This document shows positions 21,083-30,427 of a stretch of DNA of 52,415 nt, piece by piece. Position numbers and translations under genes: made by a program. Position 1 is the first letter of the stretch. Each line of letters begins with the position of its first letter. The notes under the pieces are model-generated. The model had not been told where the DNA came from. It saw only the letters and a program-made list of their open reading frames with translations, and made no database searches. This stretch comes from Chitinophagaceae bacterium (GTDB lineage Bacteria > Bacteroidota > Bacteroidia > Chitinophagales > Chitinophagaceae). The stretch spans positions 1-52,415 of the forward strand of contig CANGYW010000001.1 of the NCBI GenBank assembly GCA_947458335.1, written 5' to 3'.

Positions 21083-21493
21083 TTAATCTCCATAATACTC
21101 AACATATATTTTGGGGGTTTCGACTAGTTTCAAACAATGAAGCTGCACCCGAGAAGGCAGTACGGGCTCCAGCTCTTTCCAAATGCCCATCACCAGGTTC
21201 TCGATGGAGCATAATTTACCTTGCATAAAGTCCACATCCAGATTCAGGTTTCGGTGGTCTAGCTTATCTACAACCTTCTCCTTTACAATGGCACCCAGTC
21301 GCTTGGCATCGAATATAAAACCGGTAGCAGGGTCTGGCTCCCCCTTTATGGTCACGAACAATTCAAAATTATGTCCATGCCAATTGGCATTGGCACATTT
21401 GCCAAAGACCTCTTCGTTTTGTTCGGTAGTCCAGTCGGGATTGTAGAGACGATGAGCAGCATTGAAATGCTCAATACGGGTTAAGTAAACCAT
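21083..21493 (-). CDS. 6-pyruvoyl-tetrahydropterin synthase (PTPS/QueD family), copy 2
   Basis: FNAAHRL, GKCANANWHGHNF (Cx5HGH), DHRNLN, SIEN, VET. Confidence 0.9.
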   Translation of the reverse strand: MVYLTRIEHFNAAHRLYNPDWTTEQNEEVFGKCANANWHGHNFELFVTIKGEPDPATGFIFDAKRLGAIVKEKVVDKLDHRNLNLDVDFMQGKLCSIENLVMGIWKELEPVLPSRVQLHCLKLVETPKIYVEYYGD

Positions 21494-21542
21494 GCTTTAC
21501 TTTTAGCTCCCACACAGCATTGGGCGGAGGGAGGGTGAGGGG

Positions 21543-21570
21543 CAAAGTTAGTGACATTCAGCTAATTTTA
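21543..21570. promoter_or_regulatory. Divergent -7 elements for PTPS copy 2 (minus) and mqnB (plus)
   Basis: Minus TAACTTTG at 21550-21543; plus TAATTTTA at 21563-21570. Confidence 0.5.
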
Positions 21571-21575
21571 CAGGC

Positions 21576-22220
21576 ATGAATTGTCTGATCGCAGCCGCTA
21601 CACCCATCGAAATCGCTCCCCTGCTACCTGAATTACAAAAGGGGATAAGACAAGATGTAGAGATAGATGTGCTCATCACCGGTATCGGTCTTACGGCTAG
21701 TACCTACGCCTTGCAAAAACAGATCTCGATCAAAAGACCTGATCTCATCATACAGGCCGGCGTCGGGGGCTGTTTTACTGAAAAAATAGCGCTGGGTAGC
21801 GTATTGGCCATCGGACAAGACTGTGTTGCCGATCAAAGTGTCTTAGAATTAAAAAAACTAAAAACACTGTTTGATTTACAACTGCTGCCAGCTAACCAAT
21901 TTCCTTACAAAAAAGGATGGCTGATTAATCCATGGAATGGATTTCGCCGCATTGGGTTGCCCAAGGTCAATGCCATTTCGGTGAATGAGATTACCACCGA
22001 CCCACGACGTGTGCAACAATATAAAAAACTATTCTCTCCTGTCATTGAGTCCATGGAAGGTGCAGCGCTGCACTATGTATGTCTGATGGAGCAGGTTCCT
22101 TTTTTGCAACTGCGGAGTGTAAGCAACTACATTGCAGAAAGAAATAAAAAGAAGTGGAGACTCTCCGAGGCCGTTACACAATTAAATAAAGCCCTGCTGC
22201 AGGTATTACAAAAACTATGA
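21576..22220 (+). CDS. mqnB: Futalosine hydrolase
   Basis: PNP/UDP fold motifs AAT..E, TGIG, AGVGG, ESMEGAA, RSVSN...R.KKKW; overlaps mqnD (ATGA). Confidence 0.85.
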   Translation: MNCLIAAATPIEIAPLLPELQKGIRQDVEIDVLITGIGLTASTYALQKQISIKRPDLIIQAGVGGCFTEKIALGSVLAIGQDCVADQSVLELKKLKTLFDLQLLPANQFPYKKGWLINPWNGFRRIGLPKVNAISVNEITTDPRRVQQYKKLFSPVIESMEGAALHYVCLMEQVPFLQLRSVSNYIAERNKKKWRLSEAVTQLNKALLQVLQKL

Positions 22221-23089
22221 AGATCAGTATTGGCTTTTCTCCCTGTCCTAACGATACGTACGTATTTGATGCCATGGTCAACCATCTCATCGATACAGAA
22301 GGACTTGAATTCGATCTTTACATCGAAGATGTAGAAACGCTTAACGAGTGGGTGCTGGAAGAGCGCCTTGATGTAACCAAGCTAAGTTTTCCAGCGCTGT
22401 TTGCTGCGCAAGGCAACTATCGGCTGTTAGATAGCGGAGCCGCGCTCGGAAAAGGCGTTGGCCCCCTACTGGTTACTAAAGAGCCGCAAGGCATCGATCC
22501 GGTATCAGTAAACAATAGCACGATTGCCTTACCCGGCCAGCATACTACGGCCCATTTTCTTTTTTCGATGGCATTTCCGCAGGCACTACAGAAACGTTTT
22601 ATGCTATTTGCAGAAATTGAGCAAGCTGTTTTGTCGGGCCAAACCAACTTAGGGGTGCTGATTCACGAGAATCGCTTTACCTACTCGGCAAAAGGATTAC
22701 ACAAAGTAATGGATCTGGGCACCTATTGGGAGCAGCAAACCGGCGTTCCCATTCCATTGGGAGGTATTGCCATCAAAAAATCGCTGGCGAGTTCTATCGG
22801 AGAAAAAATTCAACGATTGATTGCTACCAGTCTTCGTAAAGCCCGGCAACAACAGGTCATTAGTGCATTTGTGCAAATACACGCGCAGAGCATGGAGCCA
22901 TCGGTTATGCAGCAACATATCGATCTCTATGTGAACGACTATACTCTTTCGCTGGGTAGCGACGGCAAAAAAGCTATTCGCAAATTATACCAGGTATACC
23001 AACAACTAAATAAAACAGTGAGCACCCCTGCTAATCGCAACGAAGAGGCGATGATATTCAACGACTGGATGTTGGATTCGCACGAGTAA
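22217..23089 (+). CDS. mqnD: 1,4-dihydroxy-6-naphthoate synthase
   Basis: SPCPNDT, DVETLN, GAALG.G.GP, PG..TTA, IHENRFTY, PIPLG, HIDLYVN. Confidence 0.95.
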   Translation: MKISIGFSPCPNDTYVFDAMVNHLIDTEGLEFDLYIEDVETLNEWVLEERLDVTKLSFPALFAAQGNYRLLDSGAALGKGVGPLLVTKEPQGIDPVSVNNSTIALPGQHTTAHFLFSMAFPQALQKRFMLFAEIEQAVLSGQTNLGVLIHENRFTYSAKGLHKVMDLGTYWEQQTGVPIPLGGIAIKKSLASSIGEKIQRLIATSLRKARQQQVISAFVQIHAQSMEPSVMQQHIDLYVNDYTLSLGSDGKKAIRKLYQVYQQLNKTVSTPANRNEEAMIFNDWMLDSHE

Positions 23090-24403
23090 TCAGGGCTTGC
23101 GGTCCTTAAGAGCCGCGCCATAAACCTGCAAACACCGCTCTCTTGCCAACTCATGCTTTACAATAGGAGCTGGATAATTCAAGGATTCAAATTCGGGTAC
23201 CCACTGACGGATGTACCGAAGTTCCGGATCAAATTTTTTCGTTTGAATATAGGGATTGAAGACTCTGAAATAAGGAGCCGCATCACAACCAGAACCGGCA
23301 GCCCACTGCCAACCCCCATTATTTGCAGACAGATCGAAATCAAGTAATTTCTTGGCAAAATAAGCCTCTCCCCAGCGCCAGTCGATCAGGAGGTGCTTGG
23401 TCAAAAAAGAAGCCACGATCATGCGAACTCGGTTATGCATAAAACCGGTTTGATTCAACTCACGCATGCCAGCATCTACTATAGGATAACCCGTGAGCCC
23501 CTGGCACCAGGCCTCGAACTCTTTTTCGTTATTACGCCAGTTAATTCGATCGTAAATAGGTTTAAAACTAGAAGCCACCACCTGCGGAAAATGCCAGAGA
23601 ATCATCTGATAAAAATCACGCCAGATAAGTTCCGATAAAAAACTTTCATTGAGAGATCCTGCTTCGCGAGCCAAGGCTCGAATACTGAGGGTGCCAAACC
23701 GAAGGTGAACACTTAACCTCGAGGTGCCAGCCACTGCCGGAAAATCGCGCTGCTCCTTGTATCGCTTTATGGTAATTTCATTCCACTGTGCTGCCGGAAA
23801 AGAAATGGCGGCATGGCTAAATCCTATTTGTTGTAGCGAAGGAATATCGAGAGCATTTTGTTTGTGATACGACCCCATCAGTTTCTCTGACTCCAACGAA
23901 CGCAATTGAGCAGCGGTTATAGTGGCACGCCACTTTCTAGAATAAGGAGTAAAGATGGTGTAAGGCAATCCATCCTCTTTAACCACTTCTGCTTTTTCAA
24001 AAATAACCTGATCTTTTACCGAAATAAATTCAATGGAGCGGCCTCTAAAAAAATCCGACATCTCTGCATCTCGCTTTCTGGCATAGGGTTCGTAATCGTT
24101 ATTGGTATAAACGGCTTTGATATCGTATTCACAACACAGATCGAAAAAAACCTGTTTCACTGCTCCATGTCGCACCACTAGGGTACTGTCGGCTGCTACC
24201 AATTGCTGTTGCAGGGCCAGTAATGACTGATGAATAAAACTTACGCGAGCATCTGCCGGATCTTCTAGCTCATCTAAAATAGCCTTATCAAAAATAAATA
24301 CTGGTAAAACAGGGTAATCGCCCTTTAAGGCTTGAAATAACCCTGTATTGTCGTGCAGGCGAAGATCGCGGCGAAACCAAAAGACAGAAACGGCTTGTTT
24401 CAT
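23090..24403 (-). CDS. phrB: Deoxyribodipyrimidine photolyase
   Basis: WFRRDLRLHDN, TSRLS..LRFG, ELIWRDFY, TGYPIVDAGMR, MHNRVRM, ANNGGWQW, PYFRVFNP. Start moved to ATG 24403. Confidence 0.93.
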   Translation of the reverse strand: MKQAVSVFWFRRDLRLHDNTGLFQALKGDYPVLPVFIFDKAILDELEDPADARVSFIHQSLLALQQQLVAADSTLVVRHGAVKQVFFDLCCEYDIKAVYTNNDYEPYARKRDAEMSDFFRGRSIEFISVKDQVIFEKAEVVKEDGLPYTIFTPYSRKWRATITAAQLRSLESEKLMGSYHKQNALDIPSLQQIGFSHAAISFPAAQWNEITIKRYKEQRDFPAVAGTSRLSVHLRFGTLSIRALAREAGSLNESFLSELIWRDFYQMILWHFPQVVASSFKPIYDRINWRNNEKEFEAWCQGLTGYPIVDAGMRELNQTGFMHNRVRMIVASFLTKHLLIDWRWGEAYFAKKLLDFDLSANNGGWQWAAGSGCDAAPYFRVFNPYIQTKKFDPELRYIRQWVPEFESLNYPAPIVKHELARERCLQVYGAALKDRKP

Positions 24404-24442
24404 ACCCGTTAAACAAGCCGAACAGATAATAGTTGCCGCAAT

Positions 24443-24460
24443 GAGGGTAAAATTACCCTC
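24443..24460. promoter_or_regulatory. Inverted repeat upstream of the photolyase, candidate operator
   Basis: GAGGGTAA-aa-TTACCCTC with no U-tract on either side. Confidence 0.45.
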
Positions 24461-24519
24461 TGCGCATGAGAGCAAGCAAAGGCCCAAACTCCGCTACTAG
24501 ATCATTGAACAACCGGTGT

Positions 24520-25185
24520 TTATCCCAGCCGAATAAGCCCATATTTAAGCGCAAATAATGCCATGCCGGCCAAATTACGGCTACCAGTCTTAATCCGGAT
24601 CCTGTCGCGAATACTCTCAATGGTACGGGGGCTGAGAGATAAAGAAGATGCAATATCACGAGTGCTATGTTCTTGACAGATCAGGCGTAACACAGCCACC
24701 TCCTTTTCCGTAAGAGAGGGTTGCGCCCGAAGAGCAGACACCGGTATCGGCCTAAAGACCGACTCAAGTTCTTTTTCATCACCCGACTCAGAGAAAAAAT
24801 AACCCTGACTAACAACCATTCGAATAGCCGACTCCACTTCTGCCAGTTCCGAAGACCTCGATAAGAATCCATTGGCACCCGCCTTTGATAATTTCTCTGC
24901 TAATAAAGGGTCCAGACTGTATCCAAGCAAAAGCACCTTTGCATAGGGGGCCGCTTGACGGATCTGTAAAAGCGTATCAAACCCTCTGCTCATGGGTAGA
25001 TCAAGATCCAAAAGAATGAGATCCGGTTGAAGACCGCCGAGCAAACTAAGCAACTCCGGCTCTGAATTAGATTCACCAACAATACGAATATCGGCCGTAC
25101 GCTGAATAGCAGCCCTAAGGCCAACTCTAAAGATGTCAAACTCATCGGCAATAACTACGGTAATGGAGGTGGAGTGCATATACAT
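24520..25185 (-). CDS. NarL/LuxR-type response regulator with degenerate receiver
   Basis: REC fold plus LTEKE...IA..L.LSPRTIE HTH. Asp kept (LLDLDLP) but Thr->Gly (LLLG) and Lys->Arg (GFLSR). Confidence 0.85.
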   Translation of the reverse strand: MYMHSTSITVVIADEFDIFRVGLRAAIQRTADIRIVGESNSEPELLSLLGGLQPDLILLDLDLPMSRGFDTLLQIRQAAPYAKVLLLGYSLDPLLAEKLSKAGANGFLSRSSELAEVESAIRMVVSQGYFFSESGDEKELESVFRPIPVSALRAQPSLTEKEVAVLRLICQEHSTRDIASSLSLSPRTIESIRDRIRIKTGSRNLAGMALFALKYGLIRLG

Positions 25186-25295
25186 AGATTTTGTAGATGC
25201 AAATTCAGCTTTGAATGCACTTCAAAAAAGAGTAAAAACCCTAAAAATTTCGGCTTCGGAAAATACGGTCTAGGCGCCTCGCTAATACAGAAAAA

Positions 25296-25943
25296 TTATC
25301 GAATCAATCGATTACGCAGCGCATAAGCGACCAGGGAGATACTGGAACTTACCCCCGTTTTTATTTTAAGATGGTAGCGAATATTTTCGACCGACTTCGC
25401 ACTCAAAAAAATTCGATTAGCAATTTCTTGCGTCTTATACCCTTCGGCCAGCAATTCAAGCACTCGTATCTCGTTCTTAGAAAGGCGAAGGGTGTCAACC
25501 GGAGCACCCAGGTTCTTTCGACGTAACCGGGTGAGCAACGCCCGACTTACTAACTCATTAAAATAGATATCATTCTCAGCAACAGCCAAAATAGCCGCTA
25601 CAGCTGTATCCTCCTCTGACTCTCTTGGCAAAATTGCATTTACTCCAGCATCTAATAACTCTTTAGCCTGCCACAGATCGTCGGATGAAGTCAACACAAT
25701 TACTTTTAAAGAGGGGTAACGTATTTTCTTTTGTTCAACAAAAGAAAAAAAATCAAAACCCTTTATCTCTAAACCCACTAAAAGTATATCCGGACATGAC
25801 CTATGTAGCAACTGTACGAGATCTTGAATGGCAGCCGCCTCCCACAGTAAGCGAAAATCTTTCTCCTTAACAAGTGCTGCCATCACTCCTTTTCTAAAAT
25901 ACAGTTGATGATCGGCTAGCCCTATCGTAATTTTTTCACTCAT
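25296..25943 (-). CDS. NarL/LuxR-type regulator with pseudo-receiver
   Basis: LSKNE...EIA..IFLSAKSVE HTH. Phospho-Asp replaced by Gly (PDILLVG), DD->DH, Lys->Arg (ILPR). Confidence 0.85.
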   Translation of the reverse strand: MSEKITIGLADHQLYFRKGVMAALVKEKDFRLLWEAAAIQDLVQLLHRSCPDILLVGLEIKGFDFFSFVEQKKIRYPSLKVIVLTSSDDLWQAKELLDAGVNAILPRESEEDTAVAAILAVAENDIYFNELVSRALLTRLRRKNLGAPVDTLRLSKNEIRVLELLAEGYKTQEIANRIFLSAKSVENIRYHLKIKTGVSSSISLVAYALRNRLIR

Positions 25944-26188
25944 CTAAATAGAGCAACAATTTCCACTAATAAATTCATAAATCGACCTCAAACATTTAAT
26001 GATTTTTTTGTAGTTCTTTTTCTACAAAGAGGATGAATTCAATCAAAACATTCCAAAATAAAAGTCGCTACTACATCAGGAAAATGAAAACACTAAACCT
26101 AATTTCAATTTTGGATTCGAAAAACTATAGTTGGCTAGTAATAATAAAATAAGCATTAGTAACTAGCAAACAATTTAAACAATCCCCT

Positions 26189-26902
26189 TTGCAAAGTAGC
26201 GAAACATATATCATTTGGCTAGGAGTTCTCTTTATAATCGGACTATCAGTAGCAATACTGTATTGTAAACGAGTAAGTAAAAAAATCAATCGACTTGCTA
26301 ATGAAAAAATACTCATAGCCGAAGAGCAGGCGATGAAAAAAATAGCAGAAGAATTACACGACAACCTAGCTCCATCGATACTGCTCGCCAGAATGCAACT
26401 AGAACACTTTGTAAAAGAAAATAAAGAAAGCACGCTTCAAAAAAGCATAGATCAAATTGATACTGTTCTTGAGCAGACCCGGCAAATAGCCATCTTGCTA
26501 CACCCCTCGTCTCTCTCAGAGCTCGGCCTACAAGAAGCCATCAAGAATCTACTACATCAACTACGACAATATCGCAACATAAAGACTAACCTATCTATGG
26601 ACAATGCATTACTGGCCATAGAAAAAGATAAAGTGATTCCGCTATTTCGAATTATACAGGAATCTATTCAAAATCTGCTAAAACATGCCCGAGCTACCGA
26701 GATTAGCATATGCTTTAGAAGCAGTGAACAGTTTGTTTGTGTTGACATACTAGATAACGGCATTGGCTTTGATGTCAACAAGGTTCGAACAGGCGCGGGT
26801 CTGCAGAACATGCAACAGCGAACCCGATCTCTCCAGGGCCAATTTAGGCTCCTATCTAAGCCGGGCCATGGCACACATATTCATCTTAAAATCCCAAAAT
26901 AA
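26189..26902 (+). CDS. HisKA_3 histidine kinase, single N-terminal TM, no sensor domain
   Basis: One TM, ELHDNL H-box, QESIQNLLKH, DNGIGF, GAGL, GT; TTG start. Confidence 0.88.
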   Translation: MQSSETYIIWLGVLFIIGLSVAILYCKRVSKKINRLANEKILIAEEQAMKKIAEELHDNLAPSILLARMQLEHFVKENKESTLQKSIDQIDTVLEQTRQIAILLHPSSLSELGLQEAIKNLLHQLRQYRNIKTNLSMDNALLAIEKDKVIPLFRIIQESIQNLLKHARATEISICFRSSEQFVCVDILDNGIGFDVNKVRTGAGLQNMQQRTRSLQGQFRLLSKPGHGTHIHLKIPK

Positions 26903-26908
26903 TACACT

Positions 26909-27556
26909 ATGATAACCACCGTATTGGTAGACGATCATGCAATGATCAGAAAGGCCCTGGCCGAGCAAATTGACAGTATGGCCTATGCAAAGGTTATTGC
27001 TCAATTCTCAAACGGAAAAGAATTGACAGCCGCTTTAGAAGAGGGGTTAGACCCCGATCTGATCATCTTAGATCTCAACATGAAAGAAATGAATGGAATC
27101 GAAACCTCACGCTGGCTAAAACAGCATCGTGCTGACATTAAAGTACTTATACTAACTATGTTTGAAACGGAGTTTACCCTCGTACAAATTCTAAAAGCAG
27201 GAGCCAGGGGCATCATTCATAAGTCGGCGAAAAGCACAGAGCTTAAAACGGCTATAGAAAATATCGTCAATGACGGATTCTACTATTCTAACTACACAAG
27301 TAGCAAACTAGTAGGCCTTATAAAAGACAAGACCGAAGGCCTCAAGTCGCTTGAGCGCGTTATGTTAGATGACCGGGAAATTGAGTTCTTAAAATTGGTC
27401 TGTTCCGATAAAACGTACAAAGAAGTCGCCCAAGAGCTACGACTCAACCCCCGAGCCGTAGATTCACTGAGAGACCAACTATTCGTTAAACTGGATGTAA
27501 AAAGCAGAGTGGGCCTAGCCATGATCGCACTTAAGCACGGAATTGTACCTTTATAG
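26909..27556 (+). CDS. NarL/LuxR response regulator (canonical receiver)
   Basis: VDDH, ILDL.M..MNG, LTM, IIHK, C-terminal LuxR HTH. Confidence 0.92.
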   Translation: MITTVLVDDHAMIRKALAEQIDSMAYAKVIAQFSNGKELTAALEEGLDPDLIILDLNMKEMNGIETSRWLKQHRADIKVLILTMFETEFTLVQILKAGARGIIHKSAKSTELKTAIENIVNDGFYYSNYTSSKLVGLIKDKTEGLKSLERVMLDDREIEFLKLVCSDKTYKEVAQELRLNPRAVDSLRDQLFVKLDVKSRVGLAMIALKHGIVPL

Positions 27557-27571
27557 GTATAGTTTGTAATA

Positions 27572-28384
27572 ATGAATTGCTGTGTTGCAGCCGCCTTTAA
27601 CTGGAACGAACTCGTACGCTCCAATACGATACCACTACTCTTATTGCTACTCGTAGCGGTCTTACTATTTGTCTTGTTCTTTTATCAAAAGAGAATCAAG
27701 TCATTTAATACTAAACTACTGGCTCTCGAAAAAAAACAACAGCAATTGCTATTAGATGCTTCGCTTCGTTATCAAGAAGAAGAAAGAAAAAAACTTTCGG
27801 CCAATCTTCACGATGATGCGGGCCCTTTATTGGCCACGGCACGACTTTATTTAAACGATCAGTTGTTAGAGCAAGATAAAGCGACACAGGCAAAAACCAT
27901 TGCCATGACCCGTACTATTTTAGATGAGGCCATAGGACTGGTTCGCAGCATCAGTCATGACCTTATTCCTCCTACGCTCAAAAACTTTGGCCTTCATTCG
28001 GCCATCAACGACCTGATCAAAAAAATTAACGGAGCGGGAGTCGTTACAGCATCCGCTAGTTTTACTTCTTACGATAAACGCTATAACGAAGAAAAAGAAA
28101 TGATCATTTACCGTATTGTACTAGAACTACTCAATAACATTCTGAAACACAGTCAGGCCAGCTTCATAGATATTGAGCAGCACTGGCACCAACAACAATA
28201 TCGGCTACTCATTTCACACGACGGAAATGGTCTTACCCAACAAATATTTGACCGACTCAATAATCAGCCCGAAGGCATGGGGTTAAAAAATATTGCCGGC
28301 CGGATTCGACTACTCGAAGGATCCATTCATTTCGAAAAAGAGCCAGTCAAGAATATCTATGCTATTAAAATCTCTATCCCATGA
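27572..28384 (+). CDS. HisKA_3 histidine kinase, single N-terminal TM, atypical ATP-binding boxes
   Basis: One TM, QEEERKKLSANLHDDAG, ELLNNILKH, HDGNG, GMGLKNI. Confidence 0.88.
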   Translation: MNCCVAAAFNWNELVRSNTIPLLLLLLVAVLLFVLFFYQKRIKSFNTKLLALEKKQQQLLLDASLRYQEEERKKLSANLHDDAGPLLATARLYLNDQLLEQDKATQAKTIAMTRTILDEAIGLVRSISHDLIPPTLKNFGLHSAINDLIKKINGAGVVTASASFTSYDKRYNEEKEMIIYRIVLELLNNILKHSQASFIDIEQHWHQQQYRLLISHDGNGLTQQIFDRLNNQPEGMGLKNIAGRIRLLEGSIHFEKEPVKNIYAIKISIP

Positions 28385-29031
28385 ATGAGATTACCGTTGC
28401 CATAGCCGACGACCACCAGTTATTTCGAAAGGGCGTTATCCATTCGTTATCACCTTACCGGCAAATTCGTTTTATGGTCGAAGCCAGTAATGGGGACGAA
28501 CTATTGGCGCTATTGGCAGCGCATCCGATACAAGTAGTACTCATGGACCTTAAGATGCCAGGTAAGGATGGAATCGAAACCACAAAAATCATTAGTCGCG
28601 ACTACCCTAACATAAAAGTGCTTGTGGTTAGCATGCACGAAGATGAGCGCTTTGTACATCACCTGATGGAGAACGGAGCCCATGGCTATTTACTAAAGAA
28701 TGCAGAACCACAAGAGATGCTCAACGCCATCACAGAGGTAATCGAAAAAGGATACTACCTGAACGATTTTGTAAATCGAGTGCTATTGCGTAATGCCGGT
28801 CAAAAACAAAAAGGTCTGCCCTCGCTCGAGCAAGACAAGGTACTGTCTGATAGAGAAAAAATGGTATTACGGCTTATTTGTATGGAATTTACCGCACAAG
28901 AAATCGCACAAAAAATGGAACTTAGCTCCAGAACGGTAGAAGCCATCAAAGACCGCTTAATGGACCGATTTGGCGCAAAGAATACGGCCGGTTTAGTTTT
29001 TTTTGCTGTACGAAATAACCTGATCGACTAG
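28381..29031 (+). CDS. NarL/LuxR response regulator (canonical receiver)
   Basis: ADDH, LMDLKMP..DG, VSM, GYLLK, LSDRE...EIA...LSSRTVE. Confidence 0.93.
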   Translation: MNEITVAIADDHQLFRKGVIHSLSPYRQIRFMVEASNGDELLALLAAHPIQVVLMDLKMPGKDGIETTKIISRDYPNIKVLVVSMHEDERFVHHLMENGAHGYLLKNAEPQEMLNAITEVIEKGYYLNDFVNRVLLRNAGQKQKGLPSLEQDKVLSDREKMVLRLICMEFTAQEIAQKMELSSRTVEAIKDRLMDRFGAKNTAGLVFFAVRNNLID

Positions 29032-29687
29032 TCAAATTGTAATTCTGGAATCTCTCCTTCTACAACCAGTCTTCCGGATGTTTTGGCCCGAATCTCGTCG
29101 ACCGATACACCCGGTGCTCTTTCCAGTAATCGAAAACCTTGTGGAGTAATATCTAGTACGGCTAAATCGGTAACAACCTTCTTTACACAACGAACCCCTG
29201 TTAGGGGCAAGGTACAAGCAGACAATAGTTTGGATTCTCCTTTGGGGTTGGTATGCATCATGGCCACAATAATATTACGGGCGCTTGCGACCAGATCCAT
29301 GGCTCCACCCATTCCCTTGACCATCTTACCCGGAATTTTCCAATTGGCGATATCACCGGTATCACTTACCTCCATAGCTCCAAGCACCGTAAGGTTTACC
29401 TTTCCCGCTCGGATCATGCCAAAGCTTAGGGCCGAATCAAAGAATACAGAGCCTTTTACCGTAGTGATCGTTTGCTTACCGGCATTGATCAAGTCGGCAT
29501 CTTCCTCTCCAGCCACGGGAAAGGGACCCATTCCCAAAAGACCATTTTCACTTTGCAATACCACATCCATCCCCTTAGGAATATAATTAGCCACCAATGT
29601 AGGAATACCAATACCAAGGTTCACATAATATCCTTGCTGTAATTCTCTGGCGATGCGCTGTGCGATTTGCTCTTTAGATAGTGCCAT
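29028..29687 (-). CDS. scoB: 3-oxoacid CoA-transferase subunit B
   Basis: VNLGIGIPT, catalytic [26 protein letters not shown]. Confidence 0.93.
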   Translation of the reverse strand: MALSKEQIAQRIARELQQGYYVNLGIGIPTLVANYIPKGMDVVLQSENGLLGMGPFPVAGEEDADLINAGKQTITTVKGSVFFDSALSFGMIRAGKVNLTVLGAMEVSDTGDIANWKIPGKMVKGMGGAMDLVASARNIIVAMMHTNPKGESKLLSACTLPLTGVRCVKKVVTDLAVLDITPQGFRLLERAPGVSVDEIRAKTSGRLVVEGEIPELQFD

Positions 29688-29697
29688 CAAAAAAAAT

Positions 29698-30393
29698 TTA
29701 TACGCTTCTAACCGTTCGTTGTTCTATTCTCTTTTCATAGTCCTTGCCTTGAAAGATGCGATGAACATAAATACCGGGTGTGTGAATAGCATCCGGATCA
29801 AGTTCACCTGCGGGCACAAGCTCTTCAACTTCTGCAATAGTTATCTTTCCGGCCATTGCCATCAGCGGATTAAAATTACGTGCCGTAGCCCGGTAGATCA
29901 GATTACCCATAGTATCGCCCTTCCAGGCTTTTACAATAGCAAAGTCGGCGTCAAAAGCCATTTCGAGTAGATAATCCTTGCCATCAAAATTTCGCACCTC
30001 CTTACCCAGTCCCACCTCTGTTCCGACACCGGCCGGTGTAAAAATAGCAGGCATTCCGTAGCCGGCAGCCAAGCAACGCGTAGCTAGAGTTCCTTGCGGG
30101 ATCAGCTCTACTTGAAGCTCGCCGCTTAGCAGCTGCCTTTCAAATTCAGCATTCTCGCCCACATACGAAGAGATCATTTTTTTAACCTGGCGTTGTGCAA
30201 GCATCAGACCAATCCCAAAATCATCGACACCTGCATTATTAGAAATGCATGTCAACTCTCGAACTTGTTTGCGCACCAGTGCTGCAATACAATTCTCGGG
30301 AATCCCGCATAGTCCAAATCCACCCAGCATAATGGTGGCTCCATCTTTGATATCTGCTATCGCTGCATCGGGGCCTGCTACTACTTTGTTCAT
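29698..30393 (-). CDS. scoA: 3-oxoacid CoA-transferase subunit A
   Basis: [40 protein letters not shown]. Start moved to ATG 30393. Confidence 0.93.
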   Translation of the reverse strand: MNKVVAGPDAAIADIKDGATIMLGGFGLCGIPENCIAALVRKQVRELTCISNNAGVDDFGIGLMLAQRQVKKMISSYVGENAEFERQLLSGELQVELIPQGTLATRCLAAGYGMPAIFTPAGVGTEVGLGKEVRNFDGKDYLLEMAFDADFAIVKAWKGDTMGNLIYRATARNFNPLMAMAGKITIAEVEELVPAGELDPDAIHTPGIYVHRIFQGKDYEKRIEQRTVRSV

Positions 30394-30427
30394 TTTTGCT
30401 ACGTTATCGTCTGTAAAATTAGGAAAC

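Noticed and set aside
20583-21493. queD / queuosine cluster
   Set aside because: The motif is Cx5HGH rather than Cx3HGH, and no queC/E/F is in the window.
24520-29031. Signalling cassette as a mobile island
   Set aside because: Partly AT-rich, but no integrase, transposase or flanking direct repeats were seen.
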